Position numbers and translations under genes: made by a program. This document shows positions 1-9,048 of a DNA stretch of 64,000 nucleotides, piece by piece (position 1 is the stretch's first letter; each line of letters begins with the position of its first letter). The notes under the pieces were generated by a model, which did no database searches, was not told the origin of the DNA, and saw nothing but the letters and a program-made list of their open reading frames with translations. Origin of the DNA: Candidatus Undinarchaeota archaeon (GTDB taxonomy: Archaea; SpSt-1190; JASMDC01); NCBI GenBank assembly GCA_964519305.1, contig CAZFHY010000001.1, forward strand, positions 486,218 through 550,217. Direction: 5' to 3'.

Positions 1-2
1 CA

Positions 3-320
3 TGTCAGGGACTGGCGGCCGTCCCCGGTATCAGCAGGTCAGGGATAACTGTGGCGTTCCTCCTTCTGCGCGGGCTTCCCTCATCTAAGGCGCTGGAGCT
101 CTCCTTCCTTGCAGGCATCCCTGCTGTACTGGGAGCTGAGGTGTTCCTCAGCGCCCAGGGAATGACCATCGATCCCGTGGCACTGATAACAGCTTTCGTC
201 ACCGGACTCGTGAGCCTCGGTCTGCTCATGCGAGTGGCCCGGAATATAGCGTTCGCCCGGTTCTGTGTGATAGTGGGCGCGCTCACCGTGCTCGGGGCGG
301 CCGGTGCGCTCGTCCTGTAG
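3..320 (+). CDS. uppP: Undecaprenyl/polyprenyl-diphosphate phosphatase (BacA/UppP family), 5'-truncated at the window edge
   Basis: The frame from nt 3 reads CQGLAAVPGISRSGITVAFLL...LSFLAGIPAVLGA. PGISRSG is the UppP signature, followed by TM helices. Confidence 0.85.
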   Translation, partial: CQGLAAVPGISRSGITVAFLLLRGLPSSKALELSFLAGIPAVLGAEVFLSAQGMTIDPVALITAFVTGLVSLGLLMRVARNIAFARFCVIVGALTVLGAAGALVL

Positions 321-325
321 ACGGC

Positions 326-814
326 TCAGGCCGGGAGGAAGCCCAGCTCCTTGACCAGTTCCCTACGCGCCTGCACTTCCTCATCGGTCTCCTTCTTCGT
401 TGCGTGGAGCCCGTCCACGACACCCACTACAGCTCGGCCGAGGCCGGTCTTGGCCACGAGGAGCTCGAGCGGATTGGATGTAGCCACATAGATGTTGACC
501 ACACAAGGGATGGCCTTGATCGTGTTGAGGAGGTTGATGGGGTAGGCGCCGTCGAGATAGATGACGAACACATGGCCCGCAGCTATGTCGAGGGCGGTCT
601 GGGATGCAAGGTCCTTGAGAACGTCATCGTTACCGTTCATTCGGGTGAGCTGTGGCTTGCTCTCGTTCATTGCTACGCCGAACTTCACGTTCGGCACGGT
701 CGAGATGATGGCCGTGTAGATATCATCGATCGTCTTTACGGAGAAGTTCCCCTGACCGATGATCATTTCGTTCGTGTTCGGGTTCTTGATCTCTATGACG
801 TCGATCTCCACCAT
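326..814 (-). CDS. Adenosine-specific kinase / AMP-binding protein (PAE2307-like)
   Basis: Motifs IIGQGNF..KT, KFGVAMNES, GND, IAAGHVFVIYL..AYPIN, GRAVVGVVDG. The ATG at 814 is preceded by GGTGA. Confidence 0.75.
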   Translation of the reverse strand: MVEIDVIEIKNPNTNEMIIGQGNFSVKTIDDIYTAIISTVPNVKFGVAMNESKPQLTRMNGNDDVLKDLASQTALDIAAGHVFVIYLDGAYPINLLNTIKAIPCVVNIYVATSNPLELLVAKTGLGRAVVGVVDGLHATKKETDEEVQARRELVKELGFLPA

Positions 815-2645
815 GGCTTTCACCGAACCATAGCATGAACCCAAGTAATAAGAACGTGATGTTCACGGCCGCTATGAGCTTTAGCGATCGTGATGGGGTA
901 CCCTCGGGCTCTTGTACAGGAGCTTGTATGGATGGGGGGCCTTGTGCGATCTGCAGGGCTAACTCTTCGGACGCAACGGCCCGACGAGCAAAAAGTATAG
1001 CATCCAGGGCGTTACCCGTTCCGTTCCCCACTTCCTCGAGAGAGAGAAGAGCGTATTCCTGGTTGATGAAACCCGAGAGATGTGTGGGCTTGAAGCTCGT
1101 GTTCACCTCTGTTCGCGCCCTCGCTTCGAGGTCGTTGAGATCGGTAGAAAGCGCCTCCGTCGTCGCATAAGATGAGGCGGCATCGAAGCAGGAAGCGACG
1201 GTCCACCCCTTCTGTTCCTCAAGCCGGGAGGCAAGATAGAAGCGGTCAGCTCCCACTAGGTCCGGGACGCCGAAATTCTGGGCGGTTATTATCCCGGTAC
1301 GTGCGCTCTCCATGAGGTCCGCACAATGGGACTCCAGATCTCGGGGCTTGCCGACGGGTTCGATGGTCTTTGCATGCTCATGGAACACCGTTGCGCCGTG
1401 CACCCATTCCTCAGCGGCCATGACATAGAAAGCGAACAGTTCATCGGTCGGAACCTCGATGCTCTCCCCCATGCCCGTTACGATAAGGGAAAGGAAGTAC
1501 TCGGCCCACATTAACCGCTGTTGCGCGAATACGATGAGTTCCATACGCAGTGGAGGAAGGGGAGCGGCACCAACGTACTGTTCGAGCATCGCAGCATCGC
1601 GACGGATCGTTCTTACGCGGTCCAGAACGATCTGCCGACGCTCGGTATCGGTCCTGTTGTCGAGCTCCTCCCGGAAGTGGAGGACCTTGATGTCGATGAC
1701 CGCTCTGAAAGCTTCCGAGGCCGCAGGATATCGGTAGCCCCGGGCCAGTAGATCGTCCGCCCTGTCGATGCGTTCTTGAATAGGCTGTGTCCCATTGAGG
1801 TCACGCACCTCATAGAACGCCTCCTTGGCCCGCTTCAGTTCTGCCATGGCCACGGCCTCAAGCACGGTCGTGATATCGCCCTGACCGAAAGACCGCGGGG
1901 ACACCTCGCCCTCCAGTGCTATGTCCACGGCCTCTCGCAGTGTACCGGCCTCTTTTAGCTCGACACCATAATGGTCACGGATGAACGGTGCCAGTGCCAT
2001 GGACGAAAGACCCCGTGACAGGACCGTAGCGCGATGATCAACGAAGGTGGGCGCAGGTGCACTCCCCGTGGGCAAGGGAGCGCCATGCTCGATGAAACCG
2101 ATCACGAGCGGGAGGGGAGCAATGAGCGTACCCTGACCCCGCGGGACCACCATGGTACGACTCGAGTGGGCCAGGGCCTGGGCCTTTCGTAGCAGCCCCC
2201 CCACAGGCTGTACGTCACCGTCCACTTCAATAGACCCTGTGAGCACGACATCGTCCCTTGGAGTGCGGCCCCGTATAATGGCCGCGAGCCCTACCGCGGC
2301 AGGCAGACCTGCAGATGGGCCCGTTACTGAGCGGGCTGACGTATCGAAGGTGAATATGATATCACGGTCCGCAAAGGACACCCCTTCAAGCACTTCGGCA
2401 GCGGAGATGGCGGCCTCAAGGGAGCGCTGAGTGTTGAGCTCAAGCGGAGGGACTATCTCTGAGAGGGCACGACCCGAGCCGGGGCGCACCTCAATGATGA
2501 GGTCAGTGATGATGCCCTCGCCACCCTCTGTGACCGCCACCAGAGGGAGCATGACCGACGAAGGGATGACATGTGCAAGAAGGAAGAGGGATACTACAAA
2601 GATCGTTGTCCCTACAATCCGCTGATGGACCCCGTCGCCGTCCAC
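723..2645 (-). CDS. Membrane-anchored archaeal S16 (Lon C-terminal-like) serine protease without ATPase domain
   Basis: Ser-Lys dyad motifs GPSAG and VGGLLRKAQA, an N-terminal signal/TM and a C-terminal TM. The 3' end may be extended by a frameshift. Confidence 0.8.
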   Translation of the reverse strand: MDGDGVHQRIVGTTIFVVSLFLLAHVIPSSVMLPLVAVTEGGEGIITDLIIEVRPGSGRALSEIVPPLELNTQRSLEAAISAAEVLEGVSFADRDIIFTFDTSARSVTGPSAGLPAAVGLAAIIRGRTPRDDVVLTGSIEVDGDVQPVGGLLRKAQALAHSSRTMVVPRGQGTLIAPLPLVIGFIEHGAPLPTGSAPAPTFVDHRATVLSRGLSSMALAPFIRDHYGVELKEAGTLREAVDIALEGEVSPRSFGQGDITTVLEAVAMAELKRAKEAFYEVRDLNGTQPIQERIDRADDLLARGYRYPAASEAFRAVIDIKVLHFREELDNRTDTERRQIVLDRVRTIRRDAAMLEQYVGAAPLPPLRMELIVFAQQRLMWAEYFLSLIVTGMGESIEVPTDELFAFYVMAAEEWVHGATVFHEHAKTIEPVGKPRDLESHCADLMESARTGIITAQNFGVPDLVGADRFYLASRLEEQKGWTVASCFDAASSYATTEALSTDLNDLEARARTEVNTSFKPTHLSGFINQEYALLSLEEVGNGTGNALDAILFARRAVASEELALQIAQGPPSIQAPVQEPEGTPSRSLKLIAAVNITFLLLGFMLWFGESHGGDRRHRDQEPEHERNDHRSGELLRKDDR

Positions 2646-2649
2646 GAGC

Positions 2650-3894
2650 TCACTCCTTGGCCACGTTACCGCGTCCCAGGCGTTCGTGTGCTGTTACTAG
2701 ATGGCCGGCGGCCAGTGCGCCCAGAAGGGAGAGTTCCCCGGCAAGGGATGCTGCTGCGAATATCTCAGCTAGTTTCTTGGCGTTGGCACCCGGGTCATTC
2801 GTGTTCGGACCTGAGCAGCCAATGATGTTCATCGCTTCGAGCTGGGTGGGTAGTCCGGTCCCGCCACCGATGGTAGCGACCTCGAGCGATGGAAGGGTGA
2901 TGCTGGCATAGAGGTCCCCGTCATCCGTAACCTCTGCCGTGACCATCGACATGGACGACTCCACTACCTGGGCAGGATCCTGTCCCGTTGCTATGAAGAG
3001 GGCCGCGATGATGTTCGCCACATGCGCATTGAAGCCGTAGGCAGCGGCTTGAGCGCCACCTATGTACAGCTTCCGGTAGGCAACATCCGATAGGGCCTCA
3101 GGTGTGCATTTGAACACCTTCTGGACTATCTCCCTAGGAAAGATCACATCGGCCTGGACGGTCTTGCCCCTTCCCTCGATCCAGTTCATTGCCGAAGGCT
3201 TCTTATCGACGCACAGGTTCCCCGAGGTCGCGACGAGCACGGCGAAAGGATTATGCTCGCTGATGAAGTCACAGGCAGCACGACTTCCTTTCGAGATCAT
3301 GTTCATGCCCATGGCATCGGCAGGATCGGCAAGGAACCTGATGAAAACGTTCCGCCCTACGATCCAGATCCTGAGATCCCGCAGCCATACGAAGGGCTCG
3401 TCACCCTTGAAGGCCGCCGCCACCTCTTCGAAATGCTCCTCGACCCATAGTTTGAGTTTGACGGCATGGTGGGTGTCCGGTACCTGCATCACAGGGGCGC
3501 GCGTCATTAGGGAACGGAGCACACGTACCGTAGCGCCACCGGACTTGGAGATGGCCGAGCAGCCACGCGCCACCGATGCTAGCAGCGCGCCCTCGGTCGT
3601 TGCCATGGGAAGGTAGAACTCACCGTTGGCGTATTCACCATTGACCTTGATCGGGCCAGCTATACCGGTGGGAATCTGTGTCCATCCGACAGGATTCTCA
3701 ACGTTCCTTGCCCGTGTTATGCTCATCTCGATCGCGCTGGAACCCATGTTCTTGAGGGATACTCCCGTGGCCTGTTCGATGGCGATGCGGCGGATCTCGG
3801 TGGCACGGTCGATGTCGCCGTCCACAAGGCCTTCGACCTGGTGGAGTCTGACCTCGCCCGCTGCGACCTTCTTGATGAGCTCAGAATCGTCCAT
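2650..3894 (-). CDS. hmgA: HMG-CoA reductase, class I (NADPH)
   Basis: Motifs ENPVG, PMATTEGAL, DAMGMNM, GNLCVDKK, GQDPAQ, GGGT and the C-terminal catalytic His. Confidence 0.97.
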   Translation of the reverse strand: MDDSELIKKVAAGEVRLHQVEGLVDGDIDRATEIRRIAIEQATGVSLKNMGSSAIEMSITRARNVENPVGWTQIPTGIAGPIKVNGEYANGEFYLPMATTEGALLASVARGCSAISKSGGATVRVLRSLMTRAPVMQVPDTHHAVKLKLWVEEHFEEVAAAFKGDEPFVWLRDLRIWIVGRNVFIRFLADPADAMGMNMISKGSRAACDFISEHNPFAVLVATSGNLCVDKKPSAMNWIEGRGKTVQADVIFPREIVQKVFKCTPEALSDVAYRKLYIGGAQAAAYGFNAHVANIIAALFIATGQDPAQVVESSMSMVTAEVTDDGDLYASITLPSLEVATIGGGTGLPTQLEAMNIIGCSGPNTNDPGANAKKLAEIFAAASLAGELSLLGALAAGHLVTAHERLGRGNVAKE

Positions 3895-3970
3895 GGCGGT
3901 TCGTGCAGAGCGGGTGTCGTGAGATATTTAAAGGTTCCCGGGGCGCCGCCTGCAGCGGTGGGGATCAGTT

Positions 3971-4585
3971 ATGGAAGGTGACGACACGGTCCGCATCCTT
4001 TGCTGTTCGGACCTTCATGGACGTGCAGACATCGCCCAAAAGGCCGCTGCCGATGAGCACGTCGATCTCGTCTTCGTGCTCGGTGACGCCGAGGGATACT
4101 GGGATTCCGATGTCCCTGTATACGCTGTCCTCGGGAATCATGAGGACTGGCAACAGGTCGACGAAATCCTTACCGGTCGACGGACGTTCCGTAATCTTAC
4201 CCTCATCCCATCGGGAACGGTCACACGGATTCCCGAGCTCGATATCACGGCCGGTGCTCTAGGTGGGGTGTGGGCCGAGCGACCGCGCAAGCGTGGCCAT
4301 TTCAGACAGGCCGAAGTAGAACGTCTGAAGGAGGCTGGTCACGTCGACGTGCTGCTCACCCACGAGTCGCCCCGCCCACTCTGGCATGGGTGTTCGACCA
4401 TCACGCACCTGGTGGCCTCCCTCTCTCCCTCGCTCTCCCTTTCCGGCCACGTCCACAGCCCCCAGATAATGCGGTACGAGGCCACCGATACATGGTTGGT
4501 GAACACGCCGCCCATCGCCGAGGGGCACGCCGTGGTGACATGGCTAGACGGTCAAGTGAGAAAGGTCGAACTGAAAGTCAGATAG
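3971..4585 (+). CDS. Calcineurin-like metallophosphoesterase
   Basis: Motifs SDLHG, LGD, GNHE, THESP and GHVH. Confidence 0.85.
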   Translation: MEGDDTVRILCCSDLHGRADIAQKAAADEHVDLVFVLGDAEGYWDSDVPVYAVLGNHEDWQQVDEILTGRRTFRNLTLIPSGTVTRIPELDITAGALGGVWAERPRKRGHFRQAEVERLKEAGHVDVLLTHESPRPLWHGCSTITHLVASLSPSLSLSGHVHSPQIMRYEATDTWLVNTPPIAEGHAVVTWLDGQVRKVELKVR

Positions 4586-4621
4586 AGTGCGCGTCAAAAG
4601 CTACCAACCGTTCGTCATACC

Positions 4622-4730
4622 CCGCACATCTCAGAGAGACAGTTTGCTGTCATCGCCCTTTCGGGCTAGGCTAGCGAAATACTCTTCATCGGGCAAGGTC
4701 TGTGGGTGTTACACCTCATCATCCGCGCGG
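4622..4730 (-). ncRNA. Candidate extended C/D-box guide-like sRNA
   Basis: Minus strand: terminal stem CCGCGC/GTGCGG, box C ATGATGA (4716-4722), box D CTGA (4631-4634), internal CGATGA elements and a GCCC-GAAA-GGGC hairpin. A TATA-like TTTTTTAA lies at 4752-4759. Confidence 0.6.
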
Positions 4731-4825
4731 AAAGGACGGTAGACCGGCCTGTTAAAAAACCTTTTGGCGCGGGCGGGTGAACCTTTTTAAAGGAGAGCAC
4801 CTACCCCGACCGCCGGTGCAATCCT

Positions 4826-6241
4826 ATGGGACTTGAGATGCTGATGTCAGGACCGCTCATGATCGCAGTTGCCGCTGTGCTCGCAATCGTGCTCGGTGTT
4901 GTGGTGGTTTCGCTCGTGCGTGGTATGCTGAACATGATGCTCGCATCGCTGCTGATTATCACAGTGTTACTTACTGCCGAGATGTTCTTCGCCTTCTACC
5001 TCTCTACAGAGGGGAGCATGAAGGATAGTCTTGATGTATTGATACAGGACGATGACCTCGCAAAGATCGTGGACATCATCGTCGTTGCCATCGACGAGGA
5101 ACATGATGAGTTCAAGCTCGACGGTCCGACGAAAACGGCCCTAGTGGAGGGGATCACCGAGTCTGATAAAGATAAGGTGAACATTGCAGTGGGCGCCATC
5201 CTCTTCGACAAGATGGAGAAGGAGCTCGCTGACAAGGATCTGCACAAGAAGCTGGGTGTCGACAAACTCGAGCTGTCGGGCGATCAGAAGCAGCTTCTGG
5301 CAAAGAAGATGATCGAGGAGAACGACACCGAAGAGATCAAGAAGGAGCTCGTTGCACAGATCCAGCTGGCCGCGATCCGTGAGGCCGCGCTCACAGAACC
5401 CGGTGCGAAGCAGGGCATGGACGAGAAGGTGGAGAACCTCTACGGTAATGCTCTGGGAGACGCACTCGTCGGCACCATCCAGACCGCGGGGAAGGCCCTT
5501 GGCGCGGATACGATCCTGCCCATCACCGATCCCCAGGTCATCAAGTTCAAGGAGCTCCAGGCGAGCGTGAAGGGGAGCGCTGACTTCTCGAAGAAGTACA
5601 AGGAGATGAACATCGGCCTCTCTGGCTCGCTCTCCGAGCCCAAGGCGATGTTCCAGGAGCGGGGCCCTGAGGCCATCTTCGCTATCGCCCTCCCATTGAT
5701 CTCAAGCCCTTTCGCCATGGTGTTCCCCCTGGTGAACGATGAGCTGAGCCCGGCCGAGCTCAACGGGAAGCTCAAGACGGGTTTGATCATCTTCGTGGTG
5801 CTCGACCTCATCCTCGGAGGAGGGCTGTTCCTCATCAACGGAGTGCTCAGTCTGAGCATCTCTACGGGATTCAAGGACGCCTTCAAGTACTTCGGTATCG
5901 CACTGATGATCGCAGGTGTGCTGCTATTCGGGTTAATGAAAATGGGTACGAAGGTCACCTCGATCCTCGACGATGACGGGCCCATCATGAGCCGGATGGA
6001 GGGCGAGACGCTCGAGAGCCGCATCGGCCTTGGAGTGTCCAGGATCTACATCAGCAACATCCGCGACCAGGTAAAGGTCAGTCTGGAGAAGCGCACAATG
6101 GGTGGTATCGGACTGGTGCTTATCGGCGCCTGTTCCTATGCTAACTCGATATTGGGCATCTTCCTAACTGGCAAGGGTAAGAAGAAGGAGACGAAGCCGG
6201 AACCACAACCGGAGCCCGAACCGGCCAAGGAAGAAGAATAG
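4826..6241 (+). CDS. Hypothetical multi-pass membrane protein with a large soluble helical domain
   Basis: 471-aa ORF with genome-typical codon usage, N- and C-terminal hydrophobic helices, and TATA TTTTTAAA at ~4784-4791. Confidence 0.7.
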   Translation: MGLEMLMSGPLMIAVAAVLAIVLGVVVVSLVRGMLNMMLASLLIITVLLTAEMFFAFYLSTEGSMKDSLDVLIQDDDLAKIVDIIVVAIDEEHDEFKLDGPTKTALVEGITESDKDKVNIAVGAILFDKMEKELADKDLHKKLGVDKLELSGDQKQLLAKKMIEENDTEEIKKELVAQIQLAAIREAALTEPGAKQGMDEKVENLYGNALGDALVGTIQTAGKALGADTILPITDPQVIKFKELQASVKGSADFSKKYKEMNIGLSGSLSEPKAMFQERGPEAIFAIALPLISSPFAMVFPLVNDELSPAELNGKLKTGLIIFVVLDLILGGGLFLINGVLSLSISTGFKDAFKYFGIALMIAGVLLFGLMKMGTKVTSILDDDGPIMSRMEGETLESRIGLGVSRIYISNIRDQVKVSLEKRTMGGIGLVLIGACSYANSILGIFLTGKGKKKETKPEPQPEPEPAKEEE

Positions 6242-6250
6242 GGGTAATCG

Positions 6251-6279
6251 TGACGGGCCGTTCCATGAGCGGCCCGTCA
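6251..6279. terminator. GC-rich hairpin after the 4826-6241 gene
   Basis: Perfect 10-bp inverted repeat TGACGGGCCG / CGGCCCGTCA between convergent genes. Confidence 0.5.
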
Positions 6280-6569
6280 TACCCAGAATTATGAATGAAC
6301 CCCGATTAGGCCCAAACATCATCGTTTAACACATTATTTCCCACAGGGAAAGGTAGGGAAGATATTCCGCTCGTATCGGTAAGAATGGAATGATTTACTA
6401 GGACCATGATAACCGCTCTCAAAACAATCTCCCCAATCCTAATATACCGGTAGAGATTGGATAATTATACGGAAAAACAAGCCACTCCCAGCCTCTGCAA
6501 TAGTTTGCTCGATGAGCGTGTCGCACGAGCCCGGGAAAGGGCAGGGGTGAGGGCGGGCCTTTAGAACGA

Positions 6570-7082
6570 TCAGGTGGTGGTCTTGGTCTCCACGGTCAGA
6601 TCCGTGAGGTTGAGGTTCACCAGATCAAGGACAAGGTCCTCCCTGTACTCGACCCCTTGGGCGGAGCTCACATGAATGACATGCTTGCCCGGCTCGAGCT
6701 CCAGACACCACCCCGTCTTGTCGCACAGCGGGATGGACTTTGTGACACCACGTTCCAGGACCTGCCCCGTATCGATACGTTTTACGCTCTCCAGGTCCCC
6801 CCCCACATCGATGGTGAGGTCGGTGAGATCGTTCTCGCTGAGGTTCTTGAGATAAATGGAGAGCTTGTTGTCGTGACCCGGGCCGATCCATACTATGTCC
6901 AAGTCCCGCTCCCGGACGATGTCCTCCTGCTTATTGCTCCACTCTCGCGCGATTAGCTGTCCCAGGTAATTATAGGCGTTGTACAGCACTCCGAACACCA
7001 TGATGGAGATGAACGTCATGAGGAGCGCCCCCATGACCGGCGCTTGAGCGCGTGTGCCGTATATCATCCGCCGCCGCATCAT
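6570..7082 (-). CDS. Archaellin/type IV pilin-like protein with class III signal peptide
   Basis: Basic N-terminus, then RAQ-APVMGALLMTFISIMVFGVLY, then a beta-rich domain (IYLKNLS). Confidence 0.65.
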   Translation of the reverse strand: MMRRRMIYGTRAQAPVMGALLMTFISIMVFGVLYNAYNYLGQLIAREWSNKQEDIVRERDLDIVWIGPGHDNKLSIYLKNLSENDLTDLTIDVGGDLESVKRIDTGQVLERGVTKSIPLCDKTGWCLELEPGKHVIHVSSAQGVEYREDLVLDLVNLNLTDLTVETKTTT

Positions 7083-7140
7083 CCTTGTTAGTTCCTAGGC
7101 ACTGTCGGATTATAAGCTTTCTGGGGACACAGAGATCGAA

Positions 7141-9039
7141 CTAGCCCTTCAGAGCTGTCTGGAGCCGTTGACGGATCGCTTGAGCGACTAGCTTGCCATC
7201 GACCTTCCCTCGGACCTCCTTCATGGCAAGGCCCATGAGCGGGGCGAACGCGCGCTCCCCCTTGGCCTCAATAATACCTGCCTTCTCGCTGAAGATACGG
7301 TCGACGATCGTATCAAGCTCGCCTCCGGAGACGCTCTCCACTTCGATGGGCTCGCCCTTTGCCAAGCAGACAAGAGCCTGCGGTATCGCCTCCTTCGCGA
7401 GCTTCCCTTCGGCGAGCAAATTAAAGAGCTCCATGAAGCCCTCCTCATCGATCTCGTCCGTATCAATCCCCTCCTTACGCCGGACCTCGACCACGATGGT
7501 CGTGAGGATCGACGCGGCCACGGTGGGATTGATATCAAAACGCTCCACGGCCCTGTCGAAGAGGAACATGTGCCGCGAGCGGATGAGCTGCCCGGCGAGG
7601 TCGTCAGAAAGCCCCATCCCCAGATAGCGCTTCTTTCGCTGGATCGGAGTCTCAGGAAGGTCGTCCTCCGCTTCCTGTTGCATCCGTTCTGTAACCGAAA
7701 TGGGTGGTAGATCCGTCTCAGGGTACATCCGCTTTGCCCCGGGTAGGGGACGAGCATAGGACGTAGTGGCATCATCGTGGTTGGGGGCCCGGGTCTCCTC
7801 GGGGATGCCCACCAGAAGGTAACGGGCACGCTCCACGACCGCGTCCACCGCCTTGCGGGCAATCCGATCGGGTCCTGCTGCAATGAGCACTAGGTCGCCA
7901 TCGCTTGCAGATAGCGAGGTACGAAGTGCGGTGAACTCCTTGACGAGATCGTACTTCTTTAGATCCTCGTCGGAATGGATTATTCCGCCAACACCTGCTG
8001 CAACAGCGTAATCGGCCAGCTCCCGGCCGAGTGTGCGTCCTGTGCACACCTCCTTCTTCAACCTACCATCGAATCCGGGTAGTCGGGTCGCCACGACACG
8101 TCCACCGTCCTTGATGAGCTTTGCCAGGAACTTGGTCTTCACGTTCGCGAACGTTTCGGTGACGTCCAGAACGTCGCCGGGTATCTTGTCTAGCCCGGCG
8201 GCCTTCAGTTCATCCTTGATCTTGAGCAGGGATTCCTGTCGCGTGGTCTCGTTCTCCACGAGCTTGGAGAGGGAACGCAGGTCCTGCCATCCTTTCACCT
8301 CGATACGCGCCCCTCCGAAGATGGATATGTTCACGTCCTGCCGGATGGTCCCGATGCCGCGTTTCATGGCACCGGTGGCCCGGAGCATGAGCCCTATCGT
8401 CTCTGCGACCTCCCGTGCGTGTTCGGGATCAACTATGTCAGGGCACGTACCCAGTTCCACGAGTGGGATGGAGAGACGCGATAGGCTGAAGTGCCTCGTT
8501 CGACCCTTGGACCGCTTGTTATCGATCTTGGCCGCCTCCTCCTCGATAAAGAGGGACTCGATACCGACGGGTGTCTTGGAGGTCTCGAGCACGGATCCCT
8601 CGGTCTGGACACCTATCTGACATGTGCGCTGGAATCCCGATGTGTTGCTCCCATCGACGACGCTCTTTCGCATGACGAAAAGCTCGTCAGGGACCTTTAG
8701 ACCGAACATGCGAGCTACGACCAGCCCGACATGGAGCGCACGTGGATTCATCTGATGCGGCGGTTCCTCGTCAAGCTCAACTAGACAGGCCTCCCCCTCG
8801 TAAAGATGGTAGTGGAACTCCCTGTCGCGGAACATCTCGTACTGTGCAGCGGGGTCCACCTCGCCGAGCTCACCGGCGACGGCGCGCAGCTTGCGTACCA
8901 CTGCACGGGTCTCAGCTCCCTCTGTGAGAGCGCTCGAGCACGGGCAGAAGAGCTTGCCCGTCTCTAGTTCCTGGTGGAACTCCAGCCCGCACTTGAATCC
9001 GAGTTTCTTGTACCTGTCATGCGTTTTCTCGGCCATCAT
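7141..9039 (-). CDS. gatE: Glu-tRNA(Gln) amidotransferase subunit E
   Basis: Motifs KCGLEFHQEL, MRKSVVDGSNTSGFQRT, KRGIGTIRQDVN, RPLPGAKRMYPETD. GGAGGTG SD precedes the ATG at 9039. Confidence 0.97.
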   Translation of the reverse strand: MMAEKTHDRYKKLGFKCGLEFHQELETGKLFCPCSSALTEGAETRAVVRKLRAVAGELGEVDPAAQYEMFRDREFHYHLYEGEACLVELDEEPPHQMNPRALHVGLVVARMFGLKVPDELFVMRKSVVDGSNTSGFQRTCQIGVQTEGSVLETSKTPVGIESLFIEEEAAKIDNKRSKGRTRHFSLSRLSIPLVELGTCPDIVDPEHAREVAETIGLMLRATGAMKRGIGTIRQDVNISIFGGARIEVKGWQDLRSLSKLVENETTRQESLLKIKDELKAAGLDKIPGDVLDVTETFANVKTKFLAKLIKDGGRVVATRLPGFDGRLKKEVCTGRTLGRELADYAVAAGVGGIIHSDEDLKKYDLVKEFTALRTSLSASDGDLVLIAAGPDRIARKAVDAVVERARYLLVGIPEETRAPNHDDATTSYARPLPGAKRMYPETDLPPISVTERMQQEAEDDLPETPIQRKKRYLGMGLSDDLAGQLIRSRHMFLFDRAVERFDINPTVAASILTTIVVEVRRKEGIDTDEIDEEGFMELFNLLAEGKLAKEAIPQALVCLAKGEPIEVESVSGGELDTIVDRIFSEKAGIIEAKGERAFAPLMGLAMKEVRGKVDGKLVAQAIRQRLQTALKG

Positions 9040-9048
9040 GTCCACCTC

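Noticed and set aside
4622-4730. Hammerhead ribozyme or c-di-GMP riboswitch
   Set aside because: Lacks the CUGANGA/GAAA core geometry and the riboswitch P1 consensus, and no gene lies downstream in sense orientation.
4590-4770. MITE bounded by CGCGTCAAAAG / CTTTTGGCGCG
   Set aside because: Imperfect 11-bp inverted repeat, single copy, no target-site duplication. The interior is better explained as a promoter plus C/D-like RNA.
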